A stretch of 64,000 bases of DNA from an uncultured delta proteobacterium (GTDB lineage Bacteria; Myxococcota_A; Polyangia; Polyangiales; B10-G4). The position numbers were made by a program, and so were the translations under genes. The stretch spans positions 32,001-96,000 of the forward strand of contig CAVSGI010000010.1 of the NCBI GenBank assembly GCA_963727445.1, written 5' to 3'. Position 1 is the first letter of the stretch; each line of letters starts with the position of its first letter. The notes under the pieces are model-generated. The model did not search any database and was not told the DNA's origin. It saw only the letters and a program-made list of their open reading frames with translations. Shown in pieces: positions 28,095 through 40,387 of the stretch.

Positions 28095-28598
28095 ATGGAG
28101 ACGACCAGCGGACGTCAGAGCCGTAGCAAGAACCTCGTGGGCTTCGTGGTGGGAGGCGTTCGCTATGCCGTCGACATCCTCCGCGTTCGAGAGATCATCA
28201 ACCCGCTCGGGGTGGTCGTTCTGCCGCACGCCCCCGCCGCGGTGCTCGGCGTGACCGACCATCGCGGCGAGGTCGTGCCCGTGCTCGACCTCCGCGTCCG
28301 CTTCGGCGTTCCTCCGACGGCGGCGACGAGGCGCACCAAGTGGGTGATCGTCAACGTCGATTCGGGTTCGGTGGGCCTCGTGGTCGATGCGGTGACCGAC
28401 GTCTTCGGCGCGGGGCCCGGCGAGCAGCGGGGCGTTCCCCAGCTTGGCGTCGGTGATGCGGCGCGGGGTATCGCGGCCGTCTACAAGCACGAGGACTCGC
28501 TCGTCTTCGTTCTCGACATCGATCGCGTGGCGGCGCCCGCCGAGGCGGTGGACCTGTCCTCCCTCCCGGATCTGGTCGCTCAGATGGAGGGGACGTGA
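28095..28598 (+). CDS. cheW: Second CheW adaptor
   Basis: YAVDILRVREII, LPHAP..VLGV..RGEVVPVLDLR, GLVVDAVTDV. Confidence 0.92.
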   Translation: METTSGRQSRSKNLVGFVVGGVRYAVDILRVREIINPLGVVVLPHAPAAVLGVTDHRGEVVPVLDLRVRFGVPPTAATRRTKWVIVNVDSGSVGLVVDAVTDVFGAGPGEQRGVPQLGVGDAARGIAAVYKHEDSLVFVLDIDRVAAPAEAVDLSSLPDLVAQMEGT

Positions 28599-30628
28599 CG
28601 TTCGAGGAGATCCGCGCCGGACTCGAGGATCGCGAAGACGTGGAGCGCCGGCGCCGCGCCGTCCTCGCGCTTCTTGGATCCAAAGCCGCAGAGGCCAGGG
28701 AGCTCGTGATCCTGGCGCTCGGCGACGAGGAGTGGCGCGTTCGCAAGGAGGCGTCTCGCGTGGCCGCCAGTCTCGCGGCCGACCACGCGCTGGTCGCCGA
28801 TCTGATCCAGGCGGTCAGCCAGGGTGAGAACATCGGCCTGAGGAGCGCGGCCATCGAGGCGCTGGGCCTCTTGGGACCCGAGGTCGCACAGGAGGTCGTC
28901 CGCGCCCTCGACGAGGTGCCGGAGCAGGGCCGCAAGTTCATCATCGCCGCTCTGGGTGAGGTCGGCGGCGAGGTCGCCGTCCCCGCGCTCGCCGAAGCGG
29001 CCTCTTCCGGGGACGTCAACCTGGTGGCCGCGGCGGTCGAAGCGCTGGCGCGAATCGGTGGCGACAGCGCGGTCGTCGCGCTCCGCAAGAGTCTCGGCTC
29101 CGGCGACTCGTACATCCGCTTGGCGGCGCTCGACGGGCTCGACCGTCTCGGCGCGAAGATCCCCTTCGAGGAGCTGGAACACCTCGCGAGCGACCGGCTC
29201 CTGCGTCGCACGGCCCTCCGAGCGCTCGGTCGTAGCGAGGACGTGCGGGCGCTCGCCATCCTGCATCAAGCGCTCGACGATCCGTCGCCGCACGTGGTCG
29301 GCAGTGCCGCGGCGTCGCTCTACCTTCTCTGTCGCGACGTTCCGGATGGCACGGTCGAGCTCGCGTCGATGATGGAAGGGCTCTCCGTCGATTCGCGGAA
29401 GACGCTCAAGCGACTGGTGCGCGAGGGCGATTTGAACACGCGGCGGGGAGCGGCCCTGATCTCGCTCCTGGCGCGGGAAGCCGACAACCTGCCCGAGATC
29501 GTCGATCTCGCGGCGCGCGAAGCGGTGCCTCAGCCTCTCGCCGGTGCCTTTCGTCGCTGGGGCCGCGATTCGGTGCCGCCGCTCTTGTCGGTGCACGAGG
29601 AGGCGGTGGGCGCCCGCCAGGCCGTGGCGCTCGAGCTCGCGGCGGAGCTCGCGGCCGACGCCGACCAGTCCCCAGAGGACGATGCCATTCGCCAGGCGCT
29701 GCGGCGCGGTCTCAGGCACGAAGACATGAGCGTCCAGGTGGCCGCCGCGCGTGGCCTGTCCACCTTCGCCACGGCGGACGACGTCGGTCGCCTGGTCGCG
29801 GTGGCGGCCGGGGGGCCCGATGAGGTCGCGCGCGCCGCCGGTAAGGCGCTCGAAGCGCTCCGAGTGCGCGAGCCGGACGCGGTCGAGGAAGCGCTCGCGC
29901 GGGTGGAGCTCGACGGCCCGGGTGGTGCTGCGCTCACGCGCCTGGTGGGCGAGGTCAGCGGGGAGGACGGCGTGACCCGTTTGTCCGCGGCGCTCTCTGC
30001 GGACGACCCGCGCACGCGCATCGCCGCCATCGCGGCGTTCGTGGATCTCGGAGGCTCGCGGGCGGCCGAGCAGGTGTGCCTCGCGCTCGCTGACGAGGAC
30101 ATCGACGTGCAGGCGGCGGCCGCGCACGCGCTCGGCGAAATCCGGGACGACGAAGGCGCTCCGGTCGGCGCCCGTGAGCTCCTCCTCACGCTGGAATCGG
30201 CGGAGCCGACGGTGGTGGCGGCTGCCGCACGAGCGCTCGCGCGCAGCGGGGAGGTCCGGGCCACCGAGCCGCTGAAGGAGCTGCTCCGTGAGGGGAGCCC
30301 GGGGGTGGCTCTGGCGGCGATCGAGGGCCTCCGCGCGCTGGCCGATCCGGTGATGGGCGACATGCTGGTGGAAGCGCTCGGACACCCGGACGAAGAGGTC
30401 GTCAAAGAGGTGCTCTCCGCCATCGCGGAGTCGCGTGGTGAGCGCACGGTGTCGCGCCTCGCCGTTGGGCTTTCTCACCACGCCTGGGACGTGCGGCGCC
30501 ATGCTGCGCTCCTTCTCGCCGCACACGGCGGAAAGGACGCTCGCGCGGCGCTCGAGCAGCGAGCAGGCGTCGAAGACGACGAGCTCGTCAAGGAAGCGCT
30601 CGATCGCGCACTAGAGGAATCGCCCTAG
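28595..30628 (+). CDS. HEAT/PBS-lyase repeat protein
   Basis: Many repeats of the type L.D.D..VR..AA.ALG across 677 aa; embedded in the che operon. Confidence 0.88.
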   Translation: MTFEEIRAGLEDREDVERRRRAVLALLGSKAAEARELVILALGDEEWRVRKEASRVAASLAADHALVADLIQAVSQGENIGLRSAAIEALGLLGPEVAQEVVRALDEVPEQGRKFIIAALGEVGGEVAVPALAEAASSGDVNLVAAAVEALARIGGDSAVVALRKSLGSGDSYIRLAALDGLDRLGAKIPFEELEHLASDRLLRRTALRALGRSEDVRALAILHQALDDPSPHVVGSAAASLYLLCRDVPDGTVELASMMEGLSVDSRKTLKRLVREGDLNTRRGAALISLLAREADNLPEIVDLAAREAVPQPLAGAFRRWGRDSVPPLLSVHEEAVGARQAVALELAAELAADADQSPEDDAIRQALRRGLRHEDMSVQVAAARGLSTFATADDVGRLVAVAAGGPDEVARAAGKALEALRVREPDAVEEALARVELDGPGGAALTRLVGEVSGEDGVTRLSAALSADDPRTRIAAIAAFVDLGGSRAAEQVCLALADEDIDVQAAAAHALGEIRDDEGAPVGARELLLTLESAEPTVVAAAARALARSGEVRATEPLKELLREGSPGVALAAIEGLRALADPVMGDMLVEALGHPDEEVVKEVLSAIAESRGERTVSRLAVGLSHHAWDVRRHAALLLAAHGGKDARAALEQRAGVEDDELVKEALDRALEESP

Positions 30629-31507
30629 GTGTCGATCCTCTTCGAATCCGGGCCGCGGCTGCGCCTCGAGGAGTTCAGGCTCCTCCGTGACCTGATCAAC
30701 AAGTTCTGCGGCATCTCCTTCGCTCCGGAGTCGCGCTTCGTGATGGAGCGGCGGCTCAAGGATCGGATCGAGGCGCTCGGGCTCGACGACTTCACGCAGT
30801 ACTACCAATACCTGCGGTATCACCCGGAGCGCCACGCCGAGATCGAGCGCGCGGTCGAAACCCTCACCACCAACGAGACCTACTTCTTCCGCGAGGACTA
30901 CCAGCTCTGGTCGCTGCGTGACGAGATCCTGCCCGAGATCCACGAGCGCAAACACCGCGAGGGTTCCCGACACCGTCTCTCTCTGTGGAGCGCTGGCTGC
31001 TCGACCGGCGAAGAGGTCTACACGGTGGCGATGATCATCGCGGGGACCGGCCTCTTCGAAGGTTGGGACGTGCGGGTCTTCGGCAACGACATCGCACGAG
31101 GTGTCCTGCACACCGCGCGGCGGGCCGTGTACGGGCAGTCCAGCTTTCGCGCCATGCCCGCGAATTACGAGCACTACCTTGTCGAGACGCCCGCGGGGCG
31201 CCAGGTTCACCCGCGTATCCGAGCGATGTGCCACTTCGGCCATCTGAATCTGCTCGAGCGGCAGCGCACTGCGATCGTCGGTCGAGTCGACATCATCCTC
31301 TGTCGCAACGTCTTGATCTATTTCGATACAGACTCCCGGAGCAACGTGATCGACACCTTCTACGAACGACTGAACCCGGGGGGGTATCTGCTGCTGGGAC
31401 ACAGCGAGTCACTGCTCAACGCGTCGACGGCGTTCGAGCTGGTGCACCTCGAACGCGATCTGGTTTATCGTCGCGCCATCGGGGCCGACGAAGAGGTCGT
31501 GAAGTGA
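30629..31507 (+). CDS. cheR: Chemotaxis methyltransferase CheR
   Basis: TTNETYFFRE, WSAGCSTGEEVY, CRNVLIYFD, GGYLLLGHSES. Confidence 0.95.
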   Translation: MSILFESGPRLRLEEFRLLRDLINKFCGISFAPESRFVMERRLKDRIEALGLDDFTQYYQYLRYHPERHAEIERAVETLTTNETYFFREDYQLWSLRDEILPEIHERKHREGSRHRLSLWSAGCSTGEEVYTVAMIIAGTGLFEGWDVRVFGNDIARGVLHTARRAVYGQSSFRAMPANYEHYLVETPAGRQVHPRIRAMCHFGHLNLLERQRTAIVGRVDIILCRNVLIYFDTDSRSNVIDTFYERLNPGGYLLLGHSESLLNASTAFELVHLERDLVYRRAIGADEEVVK

Positions 31508-32594
31508 AGACGTTGCGAACGTTGGTCGTCGACGACTCGGCCTACAACCGGCGGGTCATCTCGGAGCTCTTGTCGGAGATGGAGGGCGTCGAGGTGGTGG
31601 GCAAGGCCTCGGACGGCGATGAGGCTCTGAAGCGACTCGACGAGCTGAACCCCGATCTGATCACCCTCGACCTCGAGATGCCGCGCATGGACGGCTTCAC
31701 TTTCCTGCGCTTCTTGATGGCCAAGCGGCCCCTACCGGTCATCGTCGTCAGCGGATACTCGGCGAAGGAGAACGTCTTTCGCGCGCTCGAGCTCGGGGCG
31801 CTCGACTTCGTCGCCAAGCCCACGCGCACCGTCACCAGCGACCTGGTGGAGATCAAAGCGCAGCTCGCCGAGAAGGTCGCGATCGTGCGCCAGCTGTCGC
31901 CGGCTGGTCTCGATCCGCAGAAGCGCACCTCACTCAATCCGGGGCGCACCGCTACCGGCGTCTTCATGCTCCCGAGCGCCGAACCGAAGAAGCTCGCTTC
32001 CGATCGACCACCGGAAGAAGCGCCCGAACGCCTCGTCGTCATCGGCGCCTCCACCGGAGGTCCCACCGCGCTCCTCGAGGTCTTCAACCGTTTCCCGGCT
32101 TCGGCCTCGGCGGCCCTCGTCGTCGCCCAGCACATGCCGGAACGATTCACCAAGACCTTCGCCGAGCGCCTGAACCGTCTGGGCAGCCTCTCGGTGAAGG
32201 AGGCGACGGAAATCGCTCGGCTCGGGCCGCGTCAGGGATGGATCTGCCCAGGTGGTCAGTGCATCGAGGTGGTGAAGGCGACGGGCACGCTCTCGGTCCG
32301 CGTCGTCAAGCCCGACGTCAGGACCGCTACGTTCCGTCGGTCGACCGCCTCTTCGAGAGCGCTGCGCGTGCGTATGGTGATCGCGTGATCGGCGTGGTCC
32401 TCACCGGGATGGGCGACGACGGTGCGCGCGGGGCGTTGGCGATCAAGGAGGCCGGGGGTACGGTTCTGGCCGAAGCCCCGGAGACCGCCGTGATCTACGG
32501 GATGCCGGGGGCCGCGGTCCGCGCGGGTGGGGTCGATCGCTCCCTGCCTCTGAGGGCGCTCGCGGAGCACTTGGGGACGCTGGTGGCCGAGTGA
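31504..32594 (+). CDS. cheB: Chemotaxis methylesterase CheB; one frameshift near 32315
   Basis: REC domain (VVDDS, TLDLEMP), GASTGGP and QHMP; after the shift PSVDRLF, LTGMGDDG, YGMP. Confidence 0.93.
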
Positions 32595-32640
32595 GATTGA
32601 TGGTTCAAGGTCAACGATTCTGGTACCTTCTGCGTTCTCG

Positions 32641-33531
32641 ATGAGCGACGAGGCGCAAAGCGGAGGGGGCCAGCGGGCCAGCGACGTGCCCATGGATCTC
32701 GTCAAGGAGCGGGAGACGTTCGTCCGCTCTTTCTTGAAGCGGGGCGTCGAGCTCACCGAGGAGCTCCTCGGTGAGAACGAAGAGCTGCGCGCCGAGCTCG
32801 AGCGACTTCGCGAGGAGAACCTGCGCCTGAGGGCTCAGGTGGCCAGCGACGACGCGATGCGTGACTTCATGACCAAGGTCGAGGCGCTGGAGGCGGAGAA
32901 GGAGAAGCTCCTGGCGCAGACCGATGAGCTTCGCGAGGTCAACGTTCACGAGGTCAGTCGCTTCGCGGAGGTGGAGAGCGAGCTCAACGACCTCGCCAAC
33001 CTCTACATCGCCGCCTATCAGCTCCACGCCAGCCTCTCGGTGCGGCGGGTCCTCAGGCACGTCCAGGACATGCTGGGCCAGCTCATGGGTGCGTACGCCT
33101 TCGCCATCTACGTGGTGGGTTCCGATGGCCGGACGGCGGAGCTGCTCGCGCAGGAGAACCTCGACGACGAGGCGCTGCCGCCGATCGAGGTCGGGGACGG
33201 CCCGGCGGGGGTCGCGCTTCTCACCGGGGTGGCCAAGATCCCCGAGACCATCGTTCCGGGAACCGTGGAGCAGCCTTTCGCGGTGGTCCCGCTGATGGTG
33301 GGGGATCGGGCGATCGGCGTGGTTTCGATCGTCACGATGCTCGAGCAGAAGCAGCGTTGGGCAACGGTGGATTCGGAGCTGTTCAAGTTGATCGGCGAGC
33401 ACGCCGGGCCGGCGCTGATCGCCGCCAACCTCTACGCGGGAGCCGAAGGGGCGCTCTCCGCGCTCGACGATCTCAGAGACAACCTTCAGAAGCGCGGTGC
33501 CAGCATGATGCCGGTCGCCGAGGGGGAGTGA
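32641..33531 (+). CDS. Coiled-coil plus GAF-domain protein
   Basis: Heptad-rich N-terminus, LANLYIAAYQLHASL, GAF-like VPLMVGDRAIGVV. Confidence 0.75.
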   Translation: MSDEAQSGGGQRASDVPMDLVKERETFVRSFLKRGVELTEELLGENEELRAELERLREENLRLRAQVASDDAMRDFMTKVEALEAEKEKLLAQTDELREVNVHEVSRFAEVESELNDLANLYIAAYQLHASLSVRRVLRHVQDMLGQLMGAYAFAIYVVGSDGRTAELLAQENLDDEALPPIEVGDGPAGVALLTGVAKIPETIVPGTVEQPFAVVPLMVGDRAIGVVSIVTMLEQKQRWATVDSELFKLIGEHAGPALIAANLYAGAEGALSALDDLRDNLQKRGASMMPVAEGE

Positions 33532-33542
33532 GCGAGCGGACC

Positions 33543-33917
33543 ATGGCTGAATACACCTGCCTAGTCGTCGAGGACTCTCCCATGATGCGCCAGCTGCTCG
33601 TGTTCGCGCTGGCGCGCATCAAGGAGCTCACGGTCACCGAGGCCGAAGACGGCGTCGATGGCCTCCGCAAGCTCGCCCAGGCGCGCTTCGACCTGGTCAT
33701 CACCGACATCAACATGCCGATCATGGACGGCCTGAAGCTGGTCAAGCGCATCCGTAGTGACGAGACCCACAAGGACGTCCCGATCATCATCATCACCACC
33801 GAGGGCAGCTCCGAGGATCGCGCGCGTGCCATGGCGCTCGGCGCGAACGCCTACATCACCAAGCCGATTCAGGCGCCTCAGGTGATCGCGCAGGTCAAGG
33901 AGCTCCTGTCGGTCTGA
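33543..33917 (+). CDS. cheY: Second CheY-like response regulator
   Basis: VVEDS, TDINMPIMDGL, IITTE, YITKPI. Confidence 0.9.
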   Translation: MAEYTCLVVEDSPMMRQLLVFALARIKELTVTEAEDGVDGLRKLAQARFDLVITDINMPIMDGLKLVKRIRSDETHKDVPIIIITTEGSSEDRARAMALGANAYITKPIQAPQVIAQVKELLSV

Positions 33918-33921
33918 AGAC

Positions 33922-34572
33922 ATGACGAGCCGCTGGCCGGGGACCGACGACGGCGAGCAGGTGCTCGTGAAGGTCTGCGGCGTGCGCACCGTCGCCGATG
34001 CAGAGATGTGCGCGCGAGAAGGCGTGGACGCCATCGGGCTCAACTTCTGGTCCGGCTCGTCTCGGAAGGTCGATGCCGCGGAGGCCACGCGGATCGTGGA
34101 GGCGGTCGCCGATCGCGTCGCGGTGGTCGGGCTCTTCGTCGACGCCCCGCCGGCCGAGATCCGCGCGCTTCGGTCGCAGGTGGGCTTCGAGTGGATTCAG
34201 CTTCACGGCACCGAGTCGCCGCAGATGGTCGCGGCGCTCGGGCCTCGGGCTTTCAAGGCGCTTCGCGTCGCTGATCGCGACGTCTCCCAGGAGGCCGCGC
34301 GCTATGGCGGGGCGCTGATCCTCCTCGACGCCTTCGTCGCCGGGCGGCCAGGAGGGACCGGGCAGCGATTCGATTGGCGCCTGGCGAACGCGCTGGCGAC
34401 GGAGCGTCCGGTGGTGCTCGCCGGCGGTCTCGACGCCGACAACGTAGCGACAGCGATTCGCGAGGTCCGCCCGCGCGCAGTGGACGTGGCGAGCGGAGTG
34501 GAGTCGACACCGGGCGTGAAGGAGCCTCGGAAGGTGGCGGCATTCGTAGCGGCTGCGCGTCGCGCGGTGTAG
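33922..34572 (+). CDS. trpF: Phosphoribosylanthranilate isomerase
   Basis: [34 protein letters not shown]. Confidence 0.95.
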   Translation: MTSRWPGTDDGEQVLVKVCGVRTVADAEMCAREGVDAIGLNFWSGSSRKVDAAEATRIVEAVADRVAVVGLFVDAPPAEIRALRSQVGFEWIQLHGTESPQMVAALGPRAFKALRVADRDVSQEAARYGGALILLDAFVAGRPGGTGQRFDWRLANALATERPVVLAGGLDADNVATAIREVRPRAVDVASGVESTPGVKEPRKVAAFVAAARRAV

Positions 34573-34583
34573 CTTTCGGGGCG

Positions 34584-35773
<1,190 letters not shown>

Positions 35774-35774
<1 letters not shown>

Positions 35775-36580
35775 TGGCTTCCCCCATCGCCCAGGCCTTC
35801 GCCGCTGCCCGGGACGAAGAGCGCGCCGCGCTCGTCATCTATCTGTGCGCGGGCGATCCCGATCTCGACACCACGGTGGAGCTGGTGGTGGCCGCGGCGG
35901 AAGCGGGCGCGGACGTGATCGAGCTCGGCGTCCCTTTCAGCGATCCCACCGCCGACGGGATCGCCATCCAAAGGGCGAGCGAGCGCGCGCTCGCTGCGGG
36001 GACCACCTTCGCTGGTGTCCTCGATGCGGTCCGGAAGATCCGAGCGCGGACCGAGGTGCCGATCCTCCTCTTCGGCTACTACAATCCGCTCCTGACCTAC
36101 GGCGAGGAGCGCGCGGTGCGGGACGCCAAGGCCGCCGGCGCGCAGGGCTTCTTGGTGGTCGACCTTCCCCCCGAGGAGTGCGCGCCCCTCTACGAGCCGG
36201 CGGTGGCGGCCGGGATGGACTTCGTTCCCCTGGTCGCCCCCACCAGCACTCCCTCTCGCGTCGAAGCCGCCAGTGAGGTGGCGACCGCCTTCGTCTACTA
36301 CGTCTCCCTCACCGGCGTGACCGGGGCCAAAGCGGTGGCGCTCGGAGAGGCCGCCGGCCGCGCCAAGGCGCTATCCGAGCGCATCGGCCGTCCCGTGGCG
36401 CTCGGATTCGGCGTGAAGACCCCCGAGGACGCTGCCACCGTCGGCCGTCAGGCGGACGGAGTGGTGGTGGGGAGCGCGGTGGTCACAGCGGTGCACGAAG
36501 CCCCCGACACCGAAGCGAAGCTATCGGCCATCCGCACGCTGGTTTCGGGGCTCTCGGCGGCGGTGCGCGACGCCCGATAG
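35774..36580 (+). CDS. trpA: Tryptophan synthase alpha subunit
   Basis: ELGVPFSDPTADG..IQ, YYNP, VDLPPEE, SLTGVTG, GFGV, VVVGSA. Confidence 0.96.
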
Positions 36581-36634
36581 CCCTTTTTTCACAGGGGACC
36601 AATCCGGATCGCGGGGTGGCTCGTAGGCACCCAC

Positions 36635-39282
36635 ATGGTCCCACCCCGCCATACCGCCGTCGTCCTCCTCCCCTTCTTCCTCGCGTTCGCCGCCTGTGCG
36701 CCGGCCGAGCCGGATCCCACCGACCCAGGCGCAGCGCGTGACTGCGAAGCCCTCCTCGCCGATTGGGACGCCGAACAAAGCACCCCCGAACCCGACGCCG
36801 TCCCGGTGGTGCTCGACGCCAGCGCTCTTCACGACGGGCTGAACGGGCGGACGCGCGCCGCGATCGACGGGGATCCGAGCACCGTCGAGTCCCTCGACGT
36901 GGGCGCGAGCCTGGTGCTCCGTCTCGACGAGCCCGAGCGCGTTCGCGCTCTGCGGTACGTGCCCGCGGCGGGTCGGGCCGCGGTGACCGACTTCCGCGTC
37001 TACGTCTCGCCAACGCCGGATTGCTGGGGCGAGCCCGCCGCGGTGGGCCGCTTCGACGGAAGCGACGTCGCGCAGGAGGTGACGGTCGGGGGACGTGCGG
37101 GGCGTTTCCTCCGCTTCGACGTCGTGGGCGCCTCGGAGGGAAGCACCCGCGCGGGGATCGGCGATCTCGTCCTGGTCGTCGGGGCCCGCGTGATCTCGAG
37201 CCCCGAGCCGCGCGCCATCGTGGGGGTGGCCTGGCAGTACCAGACCCAGGTCTCTCTGCCCGGCAACGAAGCGCTGGCGTTCGAGGTGGCGACTGGGCCG
37301 ACGGCGATGACGGTGGACGACCACGGCATCGTGCGTTGGACGCCCGCTGCCGGAGACGAGGGGACGCACGACGTGGTGCTGCGCACGACGCGCGGCCCGG
37401 CCGAGCTCGAGCAGAGCTTCACCCTCACCGTCGCCGGGCTTCGGACGGTCGGCAGTGCGTCGGTTCCCGCGGGGGGCGGCACGGTCGTCGTGGACACCTC
37501 CTCGGGTGGCATGGGGCCGACCGAGGTCGAGGTGACCGTCGATGACGCGTCCGCGCCCGCCGGCACCGTCGAGATCATGGCCGTCGACGGCGAGACCGCG
37601 GGCGGGCCGACCGAGCTGAGGCCCCTCGGCGTGCCCTTCGTGGTCGACTCGGACCTCCCCGATGGGACGCGCATCCACGTGCGCGTGGACCTCCGCGGCG
37701 TCGCCGGGCTGCCTGCCGACCATCCAGAGGATTCGGTGTTCGTGACCACCTATCCGCGGAATTACCTCGCGGACGGCCCGGGGGCGGTGAACGCCTTCGG
37801 CTTCTTGCCCATGCAGAAGGCTCCCGCCGAGGCGTCGTGGGACACCGAAGCCGGCAAGCACGAGGTCTTCCAGGTCAACGAGGGCGAATCCGTCGTCTAC
37901 ACCACCGACGAGTTCACCATCATCTACATGCTCGACATGGGCGACAGCACCGAGATGGCGATGAGCCACCTCCGGCGCATTGGCAACCACGTCGTCGCCG
38001 CGCGCGAGTACTTCGCGGGCCACGGGTGCACCCCGCGACCGAATCAGCCGGTGATCATCCATGCGCTCTCTGGCGCGGTGGGGCAGGTCGACCAGACCGC
38101 GCTGGTGCTGGAGCTCGACAAGAACCACGTCGACGGTGATCCCGATACTTCGGTTCGCTCGACGGTGGCCCACGAGCTCTTCCACGTCTATCAGATCGCC
38201 GCGCTCGACGGCGGGAGCTACCCGCTCTCGGAGTTCTGGTGGATCGAAGGGACCGCGGCCTACATGGAGGACGAGGTCTTCGACACCAACGACTGGCTGA
38301 ACTTCTACGGGCCCTTCGACGGATCGAATCTCCCGGCGGGCTCTGGAGGACCAGTCGAACTACTACAACTCGATGGTCTACATGAAGTCGCTCAAGGCCC
38401 AGCGCGGCTTCAACGCCTGCGACATGATCCCCGCCTACGGGGAGACGGGAGAGGGGCTCGCGGCTCTTTCGAACGTGGTCGGTGGTGACAGCGTTCGTCT
38501 TCAGACCTACGCGACCTTCATCGCCGCGTGGAATCACGTGCGAACCGCCGACGTCCTCGACGACAGCGACGTGTTCTTCTCGTCCAGCAAGAGCGAGTTC
38601 GTCGACGAGGTCCGAGGCAACCTCTCCGCCGAGGGCTACCGCGAGTACACCTGGCAGAAGAAGACGCGCAACCCCGCGGGCGGGGAGTCGGCGCGGCTCG
38701 TCCTCGAGGAGGAGGGGACCCTCGAGATCGAGGTGCGAAAGCCGATGAGCGACTTCCTCCTCTACGTCTACGACGACAACCACGAGCAGATCGGGCAGGT
38801 CGCTGCCGGAGACGGAATGCTCAGCCTCGAGGTCAGCGGCGAGGCGATCTACCTCGACATGGGCATCGTCCAGGGGAGCGCGGGCGTCGATATCGACGTC
38901 TTCGCCCGCATCATGGCGGCGGAGCAGTGCGCCTCCTCCGGCGCGCCCTGCAGCGGCTCAGGCTCGGAGTTCGACGACGAGTGCTGCGGCGACCAGATCT
39001 GCGTCGTCGGCGCGTGCCGCCCGAACACCGGCGGTCGGGAGCGAGCGAGCTGCACCGACGCCCTGGGCTGCGCCTCCGGGCTGGCCTGTGACGAGGTGGG
39101 CTCGGCCGAGGCGTCGCCCACCTGCTGCGCGCGGGACACGGAGTACTGCGTGGCGAAGGAGGACTGCTGCGGCCTGACGGAACTGCGTCGAAAACCGCTG
39201 CGTCGGCCGCACCTCTGGCGAGTCCTGTCTCGATGGCGACTGCGTCGGCGTCAGCTTCTGTGACGACGGAACGTGCAGCTGA
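36635..39282 (+). CDS. Large lipoprotein: discoidin (F5/8C)-like, Ig-like, zincin metallopeptidase and Cys-rich tail; frameshifts near 38330 and 39180
   Basis: Lipobox FAAC; AIDGDPST; TVAHELFHVYQ (HExxH) with WWIEGTAAYMED; C-terminal CC-rich repeats ending CDDGTCS-stop at 39282. Confidence 0.72.
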
Positions 39283-39292
39283 GGGGCGCCGA

Positions 39293-40387
39293 TCAGGTGG
39301 CGCGGATGTGAACCGGGAGGCGCCGGGCGCCCCAGCTCCCCTTCTTCGGGGCGAAGCGCCCGGCGAGCGCGGTGCCACACCGGTTGCACTTGCCGTCGGC
39401 GTCGAGGTTCCACTCGCCCAGCTGATACCAGTCGCGCTCGATGAGGAGCTGGCCGCACGATGCGCAGAAGGTCGATTGACCACCTGGGTCGTGGACGTTG
39501 CCGGTGTAGACGTGCGCGAGGCCGTGCGCCTTGGCGATCCTGCGCGCGCGCGTGAGCGTCTCCGGCGGGGTGGCCGGGATGTCGCGCATCTTGAAGTCCG
39601 GATGGAAGGCGCTGAAGTGGAGCGGCGTCTCGGTGCCGAGGTTCTCGGCGAACCAGCTGGCGAGGCGAGCGAGCTCGTCGTCGCTGTCGTTCTGCCCCGG
39701 GATGATGAGCGTGGTCACCTCGAGCCAGACGTCCGTCTCGTCGTGGATCCACTTCAGCGTGTCGAGAACCGGCTCCAAATGAGCGAAGCAGAGCTTCTGG
39801 TAGAACTGGTCGGTGAAGGCCTTGAGGTCCACGTTCACTGCGTCGAGGTGCTCGTAGAAGGCTCCGCGCGCCTCCTCGGTGATGTAGCCGGCGGTGACCG
39901 CGACGTTCTCGATCCCCTCGGCGTGCGCCGCCTCGGCGGTGTCGATGGCGAACTCGGCGAAGATCACCGGGTCGTTGTAGGTGTAAGCGATCGACGTGCA
40001 CCCGGTGTCTTTGGCGGCCTGGACGATGGCTTCGGGCATCGCCAGGTCCTGCAGGCGGTCCATCTCCTTCGCCTTGCTGATGTCCCAGTTCTGGCAGAAC
40101 TTGCAGCCGAGATTGCACCCGGCCGTCCCGAAGCTGAGCACGCTGGTGCCCGGATAGAAGTGGTTGAGGGGCTTCTTCTCGATGGGATCGATGCAGAAAC
40201 CCGAGGCCCGACCGTAGCTCGTGAGCACCACCTCGCCGCCGCGGTTCTGCCGGATGAAGCAGAACCCACGCTGCCCATCCTTGAGCTTGCAGTAACGCGG
40301 GCAGAGGTCGCATTGCACGCGCCCATCGATTGTGTGCCACCACTGTCCTCGGACCACGCCGGGGGCGATCATGTCTCGCTTGGTCAT
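39293..40387 (-). CDS. amrS: AmmeMemoRadiSam-system radical SAM enzyme
   Basis: CDLCPRYC, DPIEKKPLNHFYPG, GCNLGCKFCQNWDIS (CxxxCxxC), AYTYNDP, YTGNVHD. Confidence 0.92.
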   Translation of the reverse strand: MTKRDMIAPGVVRGQWWHTIDGRVQCDLCPRYCKLKDGQRGFCFIRQNRGGEVVLTSYGRASGFCIDPIEKKPLNHFYPGTSVLSFGTAGCNLGCKFCQNWDISKAKEMDRLQDLAMPEAIVQAAKDTGCTSIAYTYNDPVIFAEFAIDTAEAAHAEGIENVAVTAGYITEEARGAFYEHLDAVNVDLKAFTDQFYQKLCFAHLEPVLDTLKWIHDETDVWLEVTTLIIPGQNDSDDELARLASWFAENLGTETPLHFSAFHPDFKMRDIPATPPETLTRARRIAKAHGLAHVYTGNVHDPGGQSTFCASCGQLLIERDWYQLGEWNLDADGKCNRCGTALAGRFAPKKGSWGARRLPVHIRAT

